NCBI GenBank assembly: GCA_009777055.1
Contig: WRMQ01000001.1
Coordinates: 11,141-75,140, forward strand
Reading direction: 5' to 3'
Length of the DNA: 64,000 bases
Source: Oscillospiraceae bacterium
GTDB lineage: Bacteria; Bacillota; Clostridia; Oscillospirales; Acutalibacteraceae
Shown here one piece after another: positions 61,512 to 64,000 of this stretch (positions are counted from its first letter, which is position 1; each line of letters opens with the position of its first letter). The notes beneath the pieces are model-generated. The model did no database searches and was not told where the DNA came from. It saw only the letters and a program-made list of their open reading frames with translations. The translations under genes and the position numbers were made by a program.

Positions 61512-63542
61512 ATGATGAAGAAGCTCTTCGCCATTCTTCTCACGGCTATGCTTATGATTGGTGTCTTGTCTGTCGCCGCGGGCGCGGCAATGGTCATCCG
61601 ACTGGACAAGCAAGGCGGCACAGGAGGGCCGGACAGCATTACGCCGGTGTATCAGCAATGGCTGCCCGAGATTGATATGCCTGCGCGCAAAGGCTATGTT
61701 TTCCATGGCTATTACGACACGAAAGAGGTCTTCAATTACAGCACCTGCTATTATACCCAAACCGGCGCTCCGGCACTCCAGTGGCCCTACAACCTGAGTT
61801 CTTACAATAGTATTATTTATGCTGCGTGGTCCTCGAAAAGCTACACAGTCACGCTTGACAAGCAAAACGGCACAGGCGGCTCCAATACCGTTATGGCAGT
61901 GTACGACTCAGACAATCACACGGTGATTCCGCCAACGCGTGACGGGCACGACTTTGCCGGTTACTATGACGCGGTTGATGGCGGAACGATGTATATCAAA
62001 GCAAACGGGGATGTGGCGCGTATATGGGATATCGACGATGAGAGTTGTGTGTTGTACGCCAGATGGAAACAAGTCGTTTTTTCCGTGACATTTGACAAGC
62101 AAGACGGCACGGGCGGATCGGACGGCGTTGTGGCAGCACTGGATGCGGACATGCCCGCCATCGCCCTGCCCATGCGCAGCGGCTATGTTTTTGCCGGATA
62201 TTTTGACGCGGTCAGCGGCGGCACAGAGTATTACACTGTTACCGGCCAGTCGGCGCGCACATGGAATAAAGAGTATGACGCGGTTCTATATGCCCGCTGG
62301 ACAGCAAGAACGTACAGCGTGACGTTTGACAAGCAAAACGGCTCAGACGGCTCCGACGGCGTTACCGCGCAATTTGATAAAGCCATGCCCGCGATCACGC
62401 TCCCTCTGCGCGGCGGCTATACCTTTGACGGATATGTTGACAATAAGGGCGTTGTGTATTACACCGCCGCCGGCGCGGCCGCCAAAGCATGGGACAAAAC
62501 GGAAGCCGCGGTTCTGTATGCCTGCTGGGTCGCCAATACCTATCTTATTACCTTCGATCAGCAGAGCGGCACCGGCGGGTCAGACAGCGTCACAGTAACC
62601 TTTGACGCGGCAATGCCCTCGGTCACCGTGCCCGTACGCACAAATTATCAATTCACAGGCTATTATGACGCGGTCGACGGCGGCAGCCAGTATTATGACG
62701 CGAATGGCACATCCCTGCGCAATTGGGACAAGCCGAATGCTATGACACTGTATGCCCGCTGGCAAGGCAACGCGTTCACCGTAACTCTCGACAAGCAGGG
62801 TGGTTCTGGCGGGCCGGACAGCGTCACGGCGCTGTACACCGGGAGCTTGCCCGCGGTCACCATACCCGTTCGTACAGGCTACAGCTTTACCGGTTACTTT
62901 GATGAGGTCAGCGGCGGAGTTCAATACTATGCCGCTAGTGGCGTGTCATTGCGGACCTGGGATAAGACGGACGCCGCTACACTCTACGCGCGCTGGACAG
63001 CGAACACCTACACTGTGCGCTACAACGCCAACGGCGGCAGCGGCACGATGGCGAACTCCTCGCACAGCTACGACGCGGCGAAGGCCCTGACCGCCAACGC
63101 GTTCACCGTGGCCGAGGGCTACTTCACCGGCTGGGCGGCCAGCGCGGGCGGCGCGGCTGTGTACACCAACGGTCAGAGCGTGAGCAATCTGTCGGCTGTC
63201 AACGGCGCCGTGGTTGACCTGTACGCGGTATGGATGGTCGCGGACAAAGCGCAGTTGAATGCCCGCGTCGCCGCCCTTGCCGGTACGCAGAAGGGCAACT
63301 ACACCGACGCCACGTGGAGCACCTTCCAAATCGCGCTAACCAGCGCGCGGTCGGCCGCGAACAATCCCAATGCCACACAGGAGCAAGTCAACAATGCCTT
63401 AAGCTCCCTCAACACGGCATTCTCCGGGCTGCGGGAAAACCCGCCCCAGCAGGGCGTTTTCGGCACCAAGCCCCAATATAACAAATGGTATCATTACATC
63501 CTGTTCTTCCTCGCGTTCGGGTTTATCTGGATGTGGTTCTAG
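61512..63542 (+). CDS. Surface protein with about 8 Listeria-Bacteroides (Flg_new) repeats and a C-terminal TM helix
   Basis: Signal peptide. Repeating (Y/F)(T/S)VT(F/L)DKQ.G(T/S).G(S/P)....(A/V)......P....P.R.GY.F.GY(Y/F)D...GG..YY......R.W......LYARW units. Confidence 0.8.
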   Translation: MMKKLFAILLTAMLMIGVLSVAAGAAMVIRLDKQGGTGGPDSITPVYQQWLPEIDMPARKGYVFHGYYDTKEVFNYSTCYYTQTGAPALQWPYNLSSYNSIIYAAWSSKSYTVTLDKQNGTGGSNTVMAVYDSDNHTVIPPTRDGHDFAGYYDAVDGGTMYIKANGDVARIWDIDDESCVLYARWKQVVFSVTFDKQDGTGGSDGVVAALDADMPAIALPMRSGYVFAGYFDAVSGGTEYYTVTGQSARTWNKEYDAVLYARWTARTYSVTFDKQNGSDGSDGVTAQFDKAMPAITLPLRGGYTFDGYVDNKGVVYYTAAGAAAKAWDKTEAAVLYACWVANTYLITFDQQSGTGGSDSVTVTFDAAMPSVTVPVRTNYQFTGYYDAVDGGSQYYDANGTSLRNWDKPNAMTLYARWQGNAFTVTLDKQGGSGGPDSVTALYTGSLPAVTIPVRTGYSFTGYFDEVSGGVQYYAASGVSLRTWDKTDAATLYARWTANTYTVRYNANGGSGTMANSSHSYDAAKALTANAFTVAEGYFTGWAASAGGAAVYTNGQSVSNLSAVNGAVVDLYAVWMVADKAQLNARVAALAGTQKGNYTDATWSTFQIALTSARSAANNPNATQEQVNNALSSLNTAFSGLRENPPQQGVFGTKPQYNKWYHYILFFLAFGFIWMWF

Positions 63543-63554
63543 GCGAGCTGTTCG

Positions 63555-64000
63555 TCAGGACCAGTCGTCCACGGCGGCGGGGATACGGATATCCGGCAGC
63601 AGCCCGTGGTGCTCCCACAGAAACCACTGGCTCGTGCTGGGCTTGAGCCGCATCATAATGAAGCGCGGGCCATCCGCCCCGGAGGACTGCATCAGCAGCC
63701 GGGCGTACTGCACGGGCCCGCCGGAGGACTGCGAGCTGTCCTCGCTGAGCCAGCTGTGGGGGTTATCGAACACCGTGACGCGGTAGGGCGGAGCGGGCGT
63801 GTAATTATTCTGGGCCGTGGCGCCCTCAAAATAAGAGAAGGTTTTATAGCCCTTGCCCTGCAGCCGCTCCCGCAGGAACTGCACATCGGCGTTGTTCAGG
63901 GGGCGCGGCCCGCGCAGGAAGTTCAGCATATCTATCACGGCCTGAGGGCTCTGCTCATAGGCGCACAGGGCCGCGATGGCCAGAGCCGCCGTGCCGTAGG
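63555..64000 (-). CDS. Hypothetical protein, N-terminus beyond right edge
   Basis: Track ORF 63555..63938. The same frame stays open upstream to the window end (..YGTAALAIAALCAYEQSPQAVIDMLNF..). No family recognised. Confidence 0.5.
   Translation of the reverse strand, partial: YGTAALAIAALCAYEQSPQAVIDMLNFLRGPRPLNNADVQFLRERLQGKGYKTFSYFEGATAQNNYTPAPPYRVTVFDNPHSWLSEDSSQSSGGPVQYARLLMQSSGADGPRFIMMRLKPSTSQWFLWEHHGLLPDIRIPAAVDDWS

Overview
This window looks like a high-GC Clostridia-type chromosome segment. Supporting markers are spoIIE, a SCIFF peptide, rplS-lepB-lepB-rbgA synteny and darA-holB-ricT synteny.

Layout:
- **1-7.1 kb:** a visibly more AT-rich end of an integrative conjugative/mobilizable element. 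It carries a coupling protein, a MOBQ relaxase with a candidate oriT, a DUF3991/Toprim protein and a tyrosine integrase, and it abuts tRNA-Tyr.
- **16.8-29 kb:** a sortase-dependent pilus island. It has a 2408-aa beta-helix adhesin, a signal-peptidase homologue lacking the Ser/Lys dyad, two Spy0128-type pilins and class B sortases.
- **Remainder:** housekeeping genes (hflX, trxA, cinA, thiI, cysteine desulfurase, a ferredoxin gene, a purine nucleoside phosphorylase, an ABC-F ATPase and others) and secreted repeat proteins.

The most notable observation is that two SPASM radical-SAM partnerships appear exchanged.
- A 49-aa SCIFF precursor gene, too short for the ORF track, is followed by an anSME-type enzyme and a TSUP permease.
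- The ScfB/CteB-type enzyme lies about 23 kb away. It is translationally coupled (GTGA overlap) to a Cys-type sulfatase, with no SCIFF gene nearby.

Other signals:
- GTAG-plus-hairpin REP/REPIN-like elements occur at four loci. One pair flanks a decayed RAYT-like gene inserted at the holB 3' end between 55-bp direct repeats.
- Heptanucleotide tandem arrays (ATTGAGN and AAGTCTA) occur at four loci. One lies inside the scfB-like CDS and three lie directly against Shine-Dalgarno sites.

All family assignments come from motif recognition by eye. No database search was run.
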